The position numbers and the translations under genes are program-made. Source: Thermoplasmata archaeon (GTDB lineage: Archaea > Thermoplasmatota > Thermoplasmata > Lutacidiplasmatales > UBA184). From it: a stretch of DNA of 64,000 nt. The stretch covers positions 17,290 through 81,289 of the forward strand of contig JAWOKS010000027.1 of NCBI GenBank assembly GCA_033854115.1, in the 5' to 3' direction. This document shows, piece after piece, positions 29,847 to 39,143 of this stretch; the first letter of the stretch is position 1; each line of letters opens with the position of its first letter. Under the pieces are notes generated by a model that made no database searches, was not told the origin of the DNA, and was given only the letters and a program-made list of their open reading frames with translations.

Positions 29847-31685
29847 ATGAGAACCACCCGTTGGGGGATCCTGAGCCTGGCGGCGGCGATCGGTGTGGTC
29901 GTCACCCTCCTGCTCGGGGCCATCCCCGGATTGCCGACGGCCCATCCCGGGGCCGCCGCGGCCGCGCCAACCGTTTCGTGGAATCCGGCGGCGGGAAGCC
30001 GGTTCCATGCGCCCCTTTCGACCATGGGCTTCTACGCCACGACCGGAACACTCCCCGCGGACGCTGGACTCTCCGCCCAGACGGCCCCCGCTCTCGCCCC
30101 GGCGGTCGGGGGAGGATCAGGGAGCGTCGCGGTCAATGCACTGCGGTACACCACGGACCTGAGCTACCTGCCCCAGACCGAGACCACGCTCGCCGTGGGC
30201 TCCTCGGGGACGCAGACCGTCCTCCTGGGAGGGGTCAACGACGGCCGCTGGTTCTTCTGCAGCACCACGTTCGGGGCCGCGCTCCCGGCCGCCGACTGCC
30301 CGAGCGGCTGGACGTACTCGCTCTCGGGCTTCACGATCGGGACGCCCGGCACGAACGCGACGACCTCGACCGTCACGATGAGCGACGACCTGCCTGGGCT
30401 CCTGTACTCCTCGACCGTCAACCCGACGTTCGACGGCTTCTTGGCTTCGTGGGGCGACCCGTCCGTGGCGTTCGACCCCGCCAACCATCAGTTCTACTAC
30501 GCGTCGCTCGCGATCGACCCCTTCACCAACAACAACGGGATCGAGCTCGCCGCCACGACCTCGGCGTTCTGGAGCAACCCCGCGTCCTGCGTGACGACCC
30601 AAGCGACCCCCTGGGCCAATCCGTGCTGGTCCGCGTCACTCGTCTTCGGCAACCTCTCCGGGTTCATCGCGAACGGGAAGGCGTCCCACGTTCCCACGTC
30701 GTTCGAAGACAAGGAACTGATCGCGATCGACCAGGACCCCGCATCGAGCTACTACGGCGACATCTACGTCACGTGGGACCACTTCTACGGCTCGGGGCTC
30801 AGCTCCGGGTTTGCCGCCCGGTGCACGCCGGCGCTCAGCTGCACGATGCTCTCGGGCGGCGGCGCGCCGAAGCTCACGGGTACGGACCCATTCGTGGCGT
30901 TCACCACACCTGCCGTGGGCACGGACGGTAGCCTGCACGTGACGTGGTGCAACTACGGAACGGCCACGACCCTCGGACCGATCAGCTGCCGCGTGCGCAG
31001 CTCGCCCGCGGGCGGGACGTCCTTCGGGACGACCGCGACGGTACTGAGCTTCGAGGGAACGGGAACGACCTTCCCGAACTACGTCGGCCTGGTCGGCTTC
31101 GCGACCGAGCAGTTCCGGACCGATTCGGTCCCGTCGCTCGCGGTCGCGCCGAGCGGGGCGCTCTACTTCACCATCGCCGCCTGCTCGGGCGCCCAGACCT
31201 ACTACGAGTTCAGCGCGCCCGCGCTCCCGGGTAACTGCGGTCAGTCGACGGTCCTCTTTTCGCGCTCGACCGACGGCGGAGCGACCTGGTCGAGCCCCGT
31301 GGGGATCTCACCGGGCTCGGCGTGGGTCAACGTCCAGCCGTGGGTCACGGTGGACAGTTCGAACGGCGCGGTGGTCGTCACCTACTACACGACGGCCTTC
31401 GACCCGTTCCAGCACCTCACGGACGTGCTCGCCTCCGTCTCGTTCGACGGCGGGTCGACGTTCACGAACGTGCGCGTGACGAACGTCTCCGACGAGCCGA
31501 ACTCGGACCCGGGGATGTTCTACTACCCCTCCACGTTCGGCGGCTCGTGGCTCGCGCCGCAGTACGGTGACTACTTCCAGTCGATCGCCGCGAACGGGCA
31601 GATCTGGACCCTGTTCACGGGCAACTACGCGACCGAGCTCGGGGTCTTCCAGGCGGACCCCTTCCTCGCGAGCGCGAGCGAGTAG
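29847..31685 (+). CDS. Secreted BNR/Asp-box (sialidase-like) beta-propeller protein
   Basis: Signal peptide; GDPSVA, FEDKE, SRSTDGGATWS, SFDGGSTF, YGDY. Confidence 0.8.
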   Translation: MRTTRWGILSLAAAIGVVVTLLLGAIPGLPTAHPGAAAAAPTVSWNPAAGSRFHAPLSTMGFYATTGTLPADAGLSAQTAPALAPAVGGGSGSVAVNALRYTTDLSYLPQTETTLAVGSSGTQTVLLGGVNDGRWFFCSTTFGAALPAADCPSGWTYSLSGFTIGTPGTNATTSTVTMSDDLPGLLYSSTVNPTFDGFLASWGDPSVAFDPANHQFYYASLAIDPFTNNNGIELAATTSAFWSNPASCVTTQATPWANPCWSASLVFGNLSGFIANGKASHVPTSFEDKELIAIDQDPASSYYGDIYVTWDHFYGSGLSSGFAARCTPALSCTMLSGGGAPKLTGTDPFVAFTTPAVGTDGSLHVTWCNYGTATTLGPISCRVRSSPAGGTSFGTTATVLSFEGTGTTFPNYVGLVGFATEQFRTDSVPSLAVAPSGALYFTIAACSGAQTYYEFSAPALPGNCGQSTVLFSRSTDGGATWSSPVGISPGSAWVNVQPWVTVDSSNGAVVVTYYTTAFDPFQHLTDVLASVSFDGGSTFTNVRVTNVSDEPNSDPGMFYYPSTFGGSWLAPQYGDYFQSIAANGQIWTLFTGNYATELGVFQADPFLASASE

Positions 31686-31833
31686 GATCGAGGTTGCGCA
31701 CGAGAACGGCCCCGTCGTCCAACCCTTTCCTCCGTTCTCCCCTTGTCCGAGCGGTCGTGCCCTCCCGACGTGCTCCAGGATCCCCACGGTTGTACGCCTC
31801 CCCCCACGCAGCCGGCTCGGCCCTCCGGGTGGT

Positions 31834-31886
31834 GGGGGGAGCCCCCCAGCGTGCGGGGGGAGCCCCCCAGCGTGCGGGGGGACCCC
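31834..31886. repeat. 21-bp tandem repeat GGGGGGAGCCCCCCAGCGTGC, two copies plus a partial
   Basis: Exact units 31834-31854 and 31855-31875, each containing a G6-AG-C6 inverted repeat. Confidence 0.85.
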
Positions 31887-31955
31887 TCGAGAGGGGGCGC
31901 CTTGGAACGGGAACTCTAAGGAGCCGGGGCCCTCGTCCCGTGAGCGGACGGCTCG

Positions 31956-33200
31956 ATGGTCGCGATCACGCCCCTCCTCGTGCTCCTCGTCGTCGCGGCC
32001 CTCATCGTCCTCATCGCGAAGCAGCTTCGGGTCCCGTACACCGTCGCCCTCCTCCTGCTCGGGCTCGGGATCGGGCTCGCCGGGTCCGTCGTGGGATTCA
32101 CCCCGCTCGAGTCGGCCGTGCGGGAGCTCCTGTCGCCGGGCCTCTTCTTCGACCTGATCCTGCCCCCCATCATCTTCGAGGCCGCCCTCCACGTGAAGTT
32201 CCCGCTCCTGCGGCGCCGGGCGGGGCTGATCCTCTCGCTCGCGTTCCTCGGTGTGATCTTCACGACCCTCTTCACCGGCACGCTCGTCGCCTACGTGACG
32301 GCGCTGCCGATCGCGGCCGCGTTCCTCCTCGCCGCGATCCTCTCCCCGACCGATCCGATCGCGATCGTCGACCTGTTCCGACGGCTGCGCGTCCCCGAGG
32401 AGCTCTCCACGATCGTGGAGAGCGAGGCGCTGCTCAACGATGCGGCGGGGGTCATCCTGTTCGTGGTCCTGCTCCAGCTCATTCGCACCGGCACGACGGA
32501 CCCGTTGTTCGCGGCCGGCCAGTTCGCCTTCCTCACCCTCGGCGGGGTCGCGATGGGGCTCGCGGTCGCGGGGCTCGTCTACCTTCTCCACCGCGAGCTC
32601 CATGACCCGGCCGTCGAGACCGCCCTCTCGGTCGTGACCGCGTACGGCGCGTTCCTCCTCGCACAGGCGATCGGGGCGTCCGGGATCATCGCGTGCGCGA
32701 TCGCCGGGGTCGCGGTCGGCAGCTACGTCGCCCCACGCGCGATGGACCCCGAGGTGCGCCACTCGCTCTTCGACTTCTGGAGCGTGATCGTCTACGTCGC
32801 GAACTCGCTGATCTTCCTCGCGATGGGGATCGTGATCGCGCACAGCCAGGTGCTCGCCTACCTCGGCCTCATCGCGGCGGTCGTCGTCGTGATGACCGTC
32901 GGGCGCGCCGCGTTCGTCTTCCTGCACCGTCCGCTCTCCGTCCGCGGCCGCACGCGTCTCCCGCCCTCCTGGTACCACATCATCGCGATCTCGGGGATCC
33001 GGGGAGCGATCCCGGTGGTCCTCGCGTTGTCGCTGCTCTCCACCTCGACCGGTCTCGGTTCGTCCTCGGTCGACGCGATCGTCGCGAGCGTCCTCGGCGT
33101 CGCGTTCGTCTCGATCGTCGCCGGGAACCTCGTCGCCGACTGGTACGTGAAGCGCGCCTTCCCCGGTCCGGCCGGCGGAACGCCGGGGGTCCCCCGCTAG
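31956..33200 (+). CDS. CPA1 family Na+/H+ antiporter
   Basis: LPPIIFEAA, SPTDPIA, ESEALLND, GIRGAIP. Confidence 0.92.
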   Translation: MVAITPLLVLLVVAALIVLIAKQLRVPYTVALLLLGLGIGLAGSVVGFTPLESAVRELLSPGLFFDLILPPIIFEAALHVKFPLLRRRAGLILSLAFLGVIFTTLFTGTLVAYVTALPIAAAFLLAAILSPTDPIAIVDLFRRLRVPEELSTIVESEALLNDAAGVILFVVLLQLIRTGTTDPLFAAGQFAFLTLGGVAMGLAVAGLVYLLHRELHDPAVETALSVVTAYGAFLLAQAIGASGIIACAIAGVAVGSYVAPRAMDPEVRHSLFDFWSVIVYVANSLIFLAMGIVIAHSQVLAYLGLIAAVVVVMTVGRAAFVFLHRPLSVRGRTRLPPSWYHIIAISGIRGAIPVVLALSLLSTSTGLGSSSVDAIVASVLGVAFVSIVAGNLVADWYVKRAFPGPAGGTPGVPR

Positions 33201-34219
33201 GGCCGGACGACCGTCCGAAAGCCCTCGCCGCGCCGCAGGCGGTCGGCGGCCGACGCGATTTCGCCGAGCGGCACGTGCGCCGTCACGACCGGCCCGAGCT
33301 GGAGGCGGCCCGAGCGGACGAGCTCCACCACCCGGGGGTAGTCGGACGGGCGGCAACCGAGGGAGCCGATCACCGAGTACTCGAGGAACATGACGCGGTG
33401 GGCGGGAAGCACGGCGGGAGCCGAGCTGTACCCGACAAGGCAGAGCCGCCCGCCGCGTCGCAGCGCGGCGAACCCGAGCGCGATCGTCGTGGGGTGGCCC
33501 ACCACCTCGAGCGCGACGTCGGCGCCGTCGCCCCACAGGCGACGGATCTCCTTCGCCGGGTCCTCGACCTGGCCGGGGTTCAGCGTCGCCCGGGCCCCGA
33601 GCTTCCTCGCGACCTCGAGCTTCGCCTCGTTGAGATCGAGCGCGACCACGTCGGCCCCGGCCGCGACCGCGACCTGGACGACGTTGATCCCGACGCCCCC
33701 GCAGCCGACGACGACGACCCGCTCCCCCGGCCGGACCTGGGCGCGGCGGACGACCGCGTGGTAGGGGGTGGTGAGCGCATCGGCGATGACGCAGCCGTCG
33801 ATCGGGTCGATCCCGGCCGGCAGCGGGACGAGGTCCCGCGCCGGGGCGACGACGAACTCCGCGAACCCGCCGTCGACGTGGTTCCCGAGCATCCGGAGCT
33901 TCGGGCAGATGTTCTCCCGGCCCGTGCGGCAGTACTCACATCGGCCGCAGGGCAGCACGGCGGGCACGAGCACGTGGTCGCCGACGGCGACCCCGTCCGC
34001 GCCGGGTCCGAGCGCCTCGACGCGACCGGAGATCTCGTGGCCGAGGATGAGGGGCGGGGGCTTCGCGGTCGGCACGCCGTGGTCGAGGTAGTGGAGGTCG
34101 GTGTGGCAGAACCCGCAGCCGAGGACCTCGAGGCGGGCCTCGCCCGGTCCCGGTACCGGGGTCGGCACCTCCCCGACCTCGAGCGGCTTGCCGGCCGCTC
34201 GCAGCACCGCCGCGCGCAC
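33197..34219 (-). CDS. had: 6-hydroxycyclohex-1-ene-1-carbonyl-CoA dehydrogenase (Zn-dependent MDR)
   Basis: GCGFCHTDL, LGHEISG, VPAVLPCGRCEYC, ADALTTPYHAV, GCGGVG, GSLGC..DYP; last gene of the bcr operon. Confidence 0.75.
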   Translation of the reverse strand: MRAAVLRAAGKPLEVGEVPTPVPGPGEARLEVLGCGFCHTDLHYLDHGVPTAKPPPLILGHEISGRVEALGPGADGVAVGDHVLVPAVLPCGRCEYCRTGRENICPKLRMLGNHVDGGFAEFVVAPARDLVPLPAGIDPIDGCVIADALTTPYHAVVRRAQVRPGERVVVVGCGGVGINVVQVAVAAGADVVALDLNEAKLEVARKLGARATLNPGQVEDPAKEIRRLWGDGADVALEVVGHPTTIALGFAALRRGGRLCLVGYSSAPAVLPAHRVMFLEYSVIGSLGCRPSDYPRVVELVRSGRLQLGPVVTAHVPLGEIASAADRLRRGEGFRTVVRP

Positions 34220-34221
34220 GG

Positions 34222-34998
34222 TCAGGCCCTCCCCGGGGCCGGCCAGACCGCCGGGCGCTTCTCGAGGAACGCCCGCAACCCCTCGTCCGCGTCGGGGAGC
34301 GCAAGGAGCCCGTCCACGTAGAGCCGCTCGGCGGCGACGAGCGGACCCCAGGGAAGGTCGGCCCGGATCCGCATCGCCCGCTTGAGGAGGACGAGCGTCT
34401 CGCGGCGGAAGCCCGAGAGCCGGTCGGTCGCCCCCCGGACCTCGGCATCCAGCGCCTCGTCCGCCGCGACGCGCGAGACGAGCCCGAGCGCGAGCGCCTG
34501 CTCGGCCCCGATCGTCTCGCCGAGCAGGAGGAGGTCCGCCGCCCGCTTCGGCCCGAGCCGCTCCGGGGCCGTGACGGCGGCGAGGGGCGGGAAGACGCCG
34601 AGGCGCACCTCGGGCTGCCCGAACGTGGCCGAACGCGCGGCGAAGGCGAGGTCGCACGCCTCGAGGAGCTCGAGCCCCCCGCCAAGGCACGGCCCCTCGA
34701 CCGCGGCGAGCGTCGGCGCGGGGACCTCGGCGATCGCACGGAGGACCTCGTGGAACGCCCGGAACATCGGCCGGACCCTCTCGGGAAGATGGTCCTCGAC
34801 CGCAAAGCCGGCGCTCCAGCGATGGTCCGCGCCCTCGAGGACGACAACGTGGGCGGAGCGCACGGGCTCGGTGCGGAGGGCGCGGGCGAGGTCGTCGAGG
34901 AGGGCCGTGTCGAAGACGTTGAGCGGAGGACGGGACCAGGTGACGGTCGCCCGCGCGCCCTCTCGGTCGACCTCGACCGAACCTCGGGCCGCCGGCAT
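34222..34998 (-). CDS. dch: Cyclohexa-1,5-diene-1-carbonyl-CoA hydratase (crotonase family)
   Basis: RPPLNV, VEDHLP, CLGGGLE, FGQPEVRLGVFPP, DADEGLRAFLEKR; ATG at 34998. Confidence 0.8.
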   Translation of the reverse strand: MPAARGSVEVDREGARATVTWSRPPLNVFDTALLDDLARALRTEPVRSAHVVVLEGADHRWSAGFAVEDHLPERVRPMFRAFHEVLRAIAEVPAPTLAAVEGPCLGGGLELLEACDLAFAARSATFGQPEVRLGVFPPLAAVTAPERLGPKRAADLLLLGETIGAEQALALGLVSRVAADEALDAEVRGATDRLSGFRRETLVLLKRAMRIRADLPWGPLVAAERLYVDGLLALPDADEGLRAFLEKRPAVWPAPGRA

Positions 34999-35006
34999 CG
35001 GTCGCC

Positions 35007-36242
35007 TCACTCCCAGAGGATCGACTCGACGAACGTCTCGAGCTGCAGGCGCACCTGCTCGTAGGCGGTCGACCGCTCCTCGAACTCGAGGTGGAGGTAC
35101 GGGACCTTCTGGCGGTCGAGCGCGCGTCGGTAGAGGACGACATCCTCGAGCGCGGGCTCGCAGAACTTCGCCGTGAGGAAGATCACCGCCTGGGCGCGGG
35201 ACGACTCCACCCGGCGGAGGATCGCCTCCCCCTTCGTGGTGGGGGCGGCGCGGACCCCGAGGTCGATCGGGCTCCGGACGTAGGCGGAGGCGAGCTCGAC
35301 GAGCGGGTCGCCCCCGGGGCCTACCCGGTCGTACCAGGCGTAGCTCTGGAGGAGGTCGTCCTCGACCACGGAGCAGCCGACCTGCTCGATGAGGTCGAGC
35401 AGGTCGAGCGTCGGTTGCTCGCAGAACGGTCCCACGAGGAGCACTCGGATCGCGTCGCGCCTCTTCGCGGGGCGGCGGGCGACCTCGGCGAGGGCACGCT
35501 CGACGAGCGGGACGTGGACCTCCCGCGGGAGGAGCCCGCCGAGGCGGCGGAGGAGGTAGGCCTCGAGGAACGTGAGCTGCTCGGGCTTCTCCCGGCGGAC
35601 CGTCGCGAGCTCGGCGAGGAGACGGCGCTGGGTGTCGAAGAGGCCCAGGGAGGCCGCGAGCCGCTCCGGGCGGTACGGCGCTCCGCCCGCGCGCTCGATC
35701 TTCGCGCTGAGCCGCCGGTACTCGGCCGTCAGGAACGGGACGGTCGCTGGCGAGCGGAAGTTCTGCGGCAGGTGCAGCATGTGGGTCACGGTGCCGGGGA
35801 GCTGGCGCGCCACGATCCCCTCGAGGTTGCGGCTCACGTCGCAGATGTAGGGGAAGACGAGGGCCCGGAACGGGGCGAGGCGGCCGGTGAGCGCGAGCTC
35901 GAGGGTCGACTTGCTGATCGAGCAGAGGAACGAGCCGAGCGCGGCGTCGGCGTGGCTGATCTCGACGCTCTCGCCTCCCCCGTGGAGGGCGACCGGGAGG
36001 AGCCCCTGGGCGTGGACGAGCTCGTGAGGTGTATAGACCGGGAAGCAGCCGACCGCGCCGCGCCCCCCGCGGGTCCACGCCCGCACGGTGGGATAGGTCG
36101 GGTCGGCGATCACCTCGCGCGCGAGCGCGGTGGCCGCCTCGAGCGACGGGGCGCGGCCGAACTCGGAGAGGTCGTCCGTGAGCTCGAGCGCGGGCGGGGC
36201 GTCCGTCCCGTCGATCGCCACGAGGCCCGAGGTTGCCGCCAT
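35007..36242 (-). CDS. bcrC: Benzoyl-CoA reductase subunit C (2-hydroxyacyl-CoA dehydratase family)
   Basis: PVYTPHELVHA, FLCSISKSTLEL, FPYICDVSRNL, GPFCEQP, KFCEPAL. Confidence 0.8.
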   Translation of the reverse strand: MAATSGLVAIDGTDAPPALELTDDLSEFGRAPSLEAATALAREVIADPTYPTVRAWTRGGRGAVGCFPVYTPHELVHAQGLLPVALHGGGESVEISHADAALGSFLCSISKSTLELALTGRLAPFRALVFPYICDVSRNLEGIVARQLPGTVTHMLHLPQNFRSPATVPFLTAEYRRLSAKIERAGGAPYRPERLAASLGLFDTQRRLLAELATVRREKPEQLTFLEAYLLRRLGGLLPREVHVPLVERALAEVARRPAKRRDAIRVLLVGPFCEQPTLDLLDLIEQVGCSVVEDDLLQSYAWYDRVGPGGDPLVELASAYVRSPIDLGVRAAPTTKGEAILRRVESSRAQAVIFLTAKFCEPALEDVVLYRRALDRQKVPYLHLEFEERSTAYEQVRLQLETFVESILWE

Positions 36243-36245
36243 CGT

Positions 36246-37064
36246 TCACCCGGGAGCGGCCGCGAGCGGGGTCGGGGCGGAGCCGAGCTTCGCGAGGCGC
36301 AGGTGGCCGAGGAGCGCCGCGCCGACCGCGGCGGCGTGGTGGGCCTCAGGGTCGGCGTGGACCGGCACGCCGGCGACCTTCTCGAGCGCGCGGACCATCG
36401 CCTCGCTGCGGACGAGCCCCCCGACGAGCGCGACCTCGGGCTCGATCCCCACGTAGCGCATCAGGATGAACGCGCGCTGCGCGAGCGAGAGGAAGACGCC
36501 CATGAGGATGTCCGGGAGCGGTACCTCCTCGGCGACGCTGTTGATGATCTCGGTCTCCGCGAGCACGGCGCAGACGCTCGAGATGAGGCGGGGCTTCGAC
36601 GAGGCGAGCGCGCGGCCGGCCATCTCCTCGAGCGGGATCTGGAGGTACTTCGCGCACCGGTCGACGAAGCGGCCCGCACCGGCCGCGCACTTCTCGTTCA
36701 TCTTGAACCGGACGACGCGGCCGGTCTCGCTCACGGAGACCGCGCGGGACGACTGGCTCCCGATGTCGACCACGTGCCGGGTCTTCGGACGGAGGAGGAC
36801 CGCCCCCCGCGCGGACGCCGTGATATCGCTCACCTGGAGGTGGCGGTCGGGGAACGCGTAGCGGGCGGCCCCTGTGGTGCAGAGGTAGTCGATCTCGCCC
36901 GGGACGACGTTCGCCTCCTCGGCGAGCCGCTCGAGCACGCGGCGCCCGGCGTCGACCGGGTTGCCCCGCGTCGGCACGAGCGCGCTCGCGAGCACCGTGC
37001 GACCGTCCTCGAGGAGGACCCCCTTCGTCGAGCCCGCCCCGAGGTCGAGGCCGCAGGTGATCAC
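36246..37064 (-). CDS. bcrD: Benzoyl-CoA reductase ATP-binding activase subunit, BcrD-like
   Basis: GLDLGAGSTK, DIGSQ, MNEKCAAGAGRF, SSVCAVLAETE; GTG overlaps upstream TGA. Confidence 0.7.
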   Translation of the reverse strand: MITCGLDLGAGSTKGVLLEDGRTVLASALVPTRGNPVDAGRRVLERLAEEANVVPGEIDYLCTTGAARYAFPDRHLQVSDITASARGAVLLRPKTRHVVDIGSQSSRAVSVSETGRVVRFKMNEKCAAGAGRFVDRCAKYLQIPLEEMAGRALASSKPRLISSVCAVLAETEIINSVAEEVPLPDILMGVFLSLAQRAFILMRYVGIEPEVALVGGLVRSEAMVRALEKVAGVPVHADPEAHHAAAVGAALLGHLRLAKLGSAPTPLAAAPG

Positions 37065-37849
37065 GGCGCTGCCCCCCCGCTCCGCTCCTGGCCGTAGAGC
37101 GCGGCCCCGATCGCGCCGAGGTACTGGGAGAGCGGGCTCACGTTGACCGGGAGACCGAGCCGCCGGTCGAGCGCCCGGACGACCCCCTCGTTCCGCGAGA
37201 CGCCCCCCGTGAACGTGACCTCGGGCTCGATCCCGACGCGCTGGAGGAGCGAGAACGAGCGGTTGACGATGCTCGCGTAGAGCCCGGCGAGGATGTCCCG
37301 CGGCTCCTTGCCGCGGGCCACGTAGGAGCTCACCTCCGATTCGGCGAAGACCGTGCATGTGTTGGTGACGCGGACCGGGTGACGGGCCCCCGCGGCGAGC
37401 GGGCCGATCTCGGAGACGTCGTAGCCGAGCGCCCCCGCGCAGACGTCGAGGAAGCGGCCGGTCCCCGCAGCGCACTTGTCGTTCATCGCGAAGTCGACGA
37501 CCTCGCCCCGCTCGTTGGTCCGGATCGCCTTTGTGTCCTGGCCCCCGATGTCGAGGACGAGGCGGGTCGACGGGTAGAGGAAGTGAGCGCCCTTCGCGTG
37601 GCAGCCGATCTCGGTCACCGTAAACTGGCCGAACGTGACCTTGAACCGGCCGTAGCCGGTCCCCGTGACGACGCCGACCTCGCCCCGGTCCCGCCCCGCG
37701 TCCGCGAGCGCCTGGGCGAGCGCGCGCTCCGCGTCCTTCACGAGCTCGACCCCGACCGGGGCCAGCGACTTCCCCACGAGGCGGTCCCCTTCGAGGAGCG
37801 CGCATTTCGCCGTCGTCGAGCCGATGTCGACGCCGGCGACGAGCGTCAC
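37061..37849 (-). CDS. bcrA: Benzoyl-CoA reductase ATP-binding activase subunit, short BcrA/BzdQ/HgdC-like
   Basis: GVDIGSTTAK, TGYGR, DIGGQD, MNDKCAAGTGRFL, NTCTVFAESE, TGGV; GTG overlaps upstream TGA. Confidence 0.7.
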   Translation of the reverse strand: MTLVAGVDIGSTTAKCALLEGDRLVGKSLAPVGVELVKDAERALAQALADAGRDRGEVGVVTGTGYGRFKVTFGQFTVTEIGCHAKGAHFLYPSTRLVLDIGGQDTKAIRTNERGEVVDFAMNDKCAAGTGRFLDVCAGALGYDVSEIGPLAAGARHPVRVTNTCTVFAESEVSSYVARGKEPRDILAGLYASIVNRSFSLLQRVGIEPEVTFTGGVSRNEGVVRALDRRLGLPVNVSPLSQYLGAIGAALYGQERSGGAAP

Positions 37850-39126
37850 GCCGCCACCGTCCCCGCGGGGCCGGCCCCCTTGCGCCGTTCGAGGGACTCG
37901 AAGAAGGCGTCCATCCGGTTCTTGATCTGGGCGGGGGCGAAGTAGCGGGGATCCTCGTGGTCCGACTCGAGGTAGAGGGTCGGCACCCCGAGCTCGTGGA
38001 TCAGCCAGTCGCGGAGGTCGCCCTGGCCCGCGGTGAACGACCGGCACGACTTGATGCCGTGGATGAGCACCGCGTCCGCCTCGAACTCCCGGACATACTT
38101 CGCGAGCAGCTTCCGGCGGAGCGGCCAGGCGAGGTTGACGTAGGCCCCGAGCGAGTACTCGGCGATGCTCTCGAGGGGCCGAGCCGGGTCGTGCCGGTAG
38201 CCCTGGTCGAACAGGCCACCGACCTTCGGGTAGGTCGCGGCGACCGAGACCGCGCCCCACGTCCGGAAGAAGTCCCAGAACGTCCGGTAGCTCGGGTACG
38301 GCGGAACGCCCTCGACGACCAGACGGTACTTCTCCTCCGGCACCGGGTAGGCCCCGGAGCGGACGCGCTCCTCGACCTCGGCGTTGACCGCGGCGTAGAA
38401 CTGCGCGGCCTCCTCCGTGCCGCGGAGGACGTTGATCGGGAACATGTAGAAGACCGCCTCGAAGTACGCCTCGATCGGGGACGGCCGGCGGCGCCCCGCG
38501 GTGAGGTAATGCGCCCATCCCTCCTCGGCCCGACGCGACCGCTCGAGGGTCCGGCGGAGCTCGTTGCGGTCGAGCGAGCGGCCGGTGGTGCGCTCGAGGA
38601 ACGCGATGAACTCCTCGAGCTGGGCGACCACGTAGGTGAGGTCTTCCGAGGACGGGGTCTCGTCCCGGAGGTACGGGACGTCCAGCACGAAGAGCGGGAC
38701 GCCGAACTTCTCGGCGAGCGCCTCCCACCACTTCACGTAGACATAGCAGCCCGAGAAGCTGCAGACGAGAAGATCGGGGGGAGGGATACGGCCGAACGGG
38801 GTCTGGCCGCCGACCTCCTGCAGCCCGAGGTCGTTCTTGACGTAGCCGCAGACGTCGAGCCCGTAACCCTGGGCTTCGGCCCGGACGATGTTGGGGAGGG
38901 ACGCGTGCTTGATCGCGCAGTTGAGCGCGACGATCTCGGGGAAGACGACCTCGTAGCCGAACGCCCGGACGATCTCCGTGAGGTTGCCCCCGACCAGCAT
39001 GTAGGCGACCGGTCGCTTCGGCCCGCCGGCCGTGGCAAGGTCCGTGTAGTAGGTCTCGACCATCCGTCGCTGGAGCTCGCGCGCGTTCGCGAGGAACGCG
39101 GTCCCGTCCGGTCCGGTCGAACCCAT
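37846..39126 (-). CDS. bcrB: Benzoyl-CoA reductase subunit B
   Basis: GNLTE, PEIVAL, DVCGYVK, SGCYVYVKW, SPIEAYF, YPKVGG, IKSCRSF, ESDHEDPRYF. Confidence 0.85.
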   Translation of the reverse strand: MGSTGPDGTAFLANARELQRRMVETYYTDLATAGGPKRPVAYMLVGGNLTEIVRAFGYEVVFPEIVALNCAIKHASLPNIVRAEAQGYGLDVCGYVKNDLGLQEVGGQTPFGRIPPPDLLVCSFSGCYVYVKWWEALAEKFGVPLFVLDVPYLRDETPSSEDLTYVVAQLEEFIAFLERTTGRSLDRNELRRTLERSRRAEEGWAHYLTAGRRRPSPIEAYFEAVFYMFPINVLRGTEEAAQFYAAVNAEVEERVRSGAYPVPEEKYRLVVEGVPPYPSYRTFWDFFRTWGAVSVAATYPKVGGLFDQGYRHDPARPLESIAEYSLGAYVNLAWPLRRKLLAKYVREFEADAVLIHGIKSCRSFTAGQGDLRDWLIHELGVPTLYLESDHEDPRYFAPAQIKNRMDAFFESLERRKGAGPAGTVAA

Positions 39127-39143
39127 CGGTCGGACCCCGCCCC

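Noticed and set aside
31834..31886. Possible CRISPR array
   Set aside because: Units are directly adjacent with no unique spacers, and there are no cas genes in the window
35007..39126. 2-hydroxyacyl-CoA dehydratase of amino-acid fermentation
   Set aside because: Two different activases, Bcr-type motifs and co-operonic Dch/Had/Oah-like genes favour benzoyl-CoA reductase
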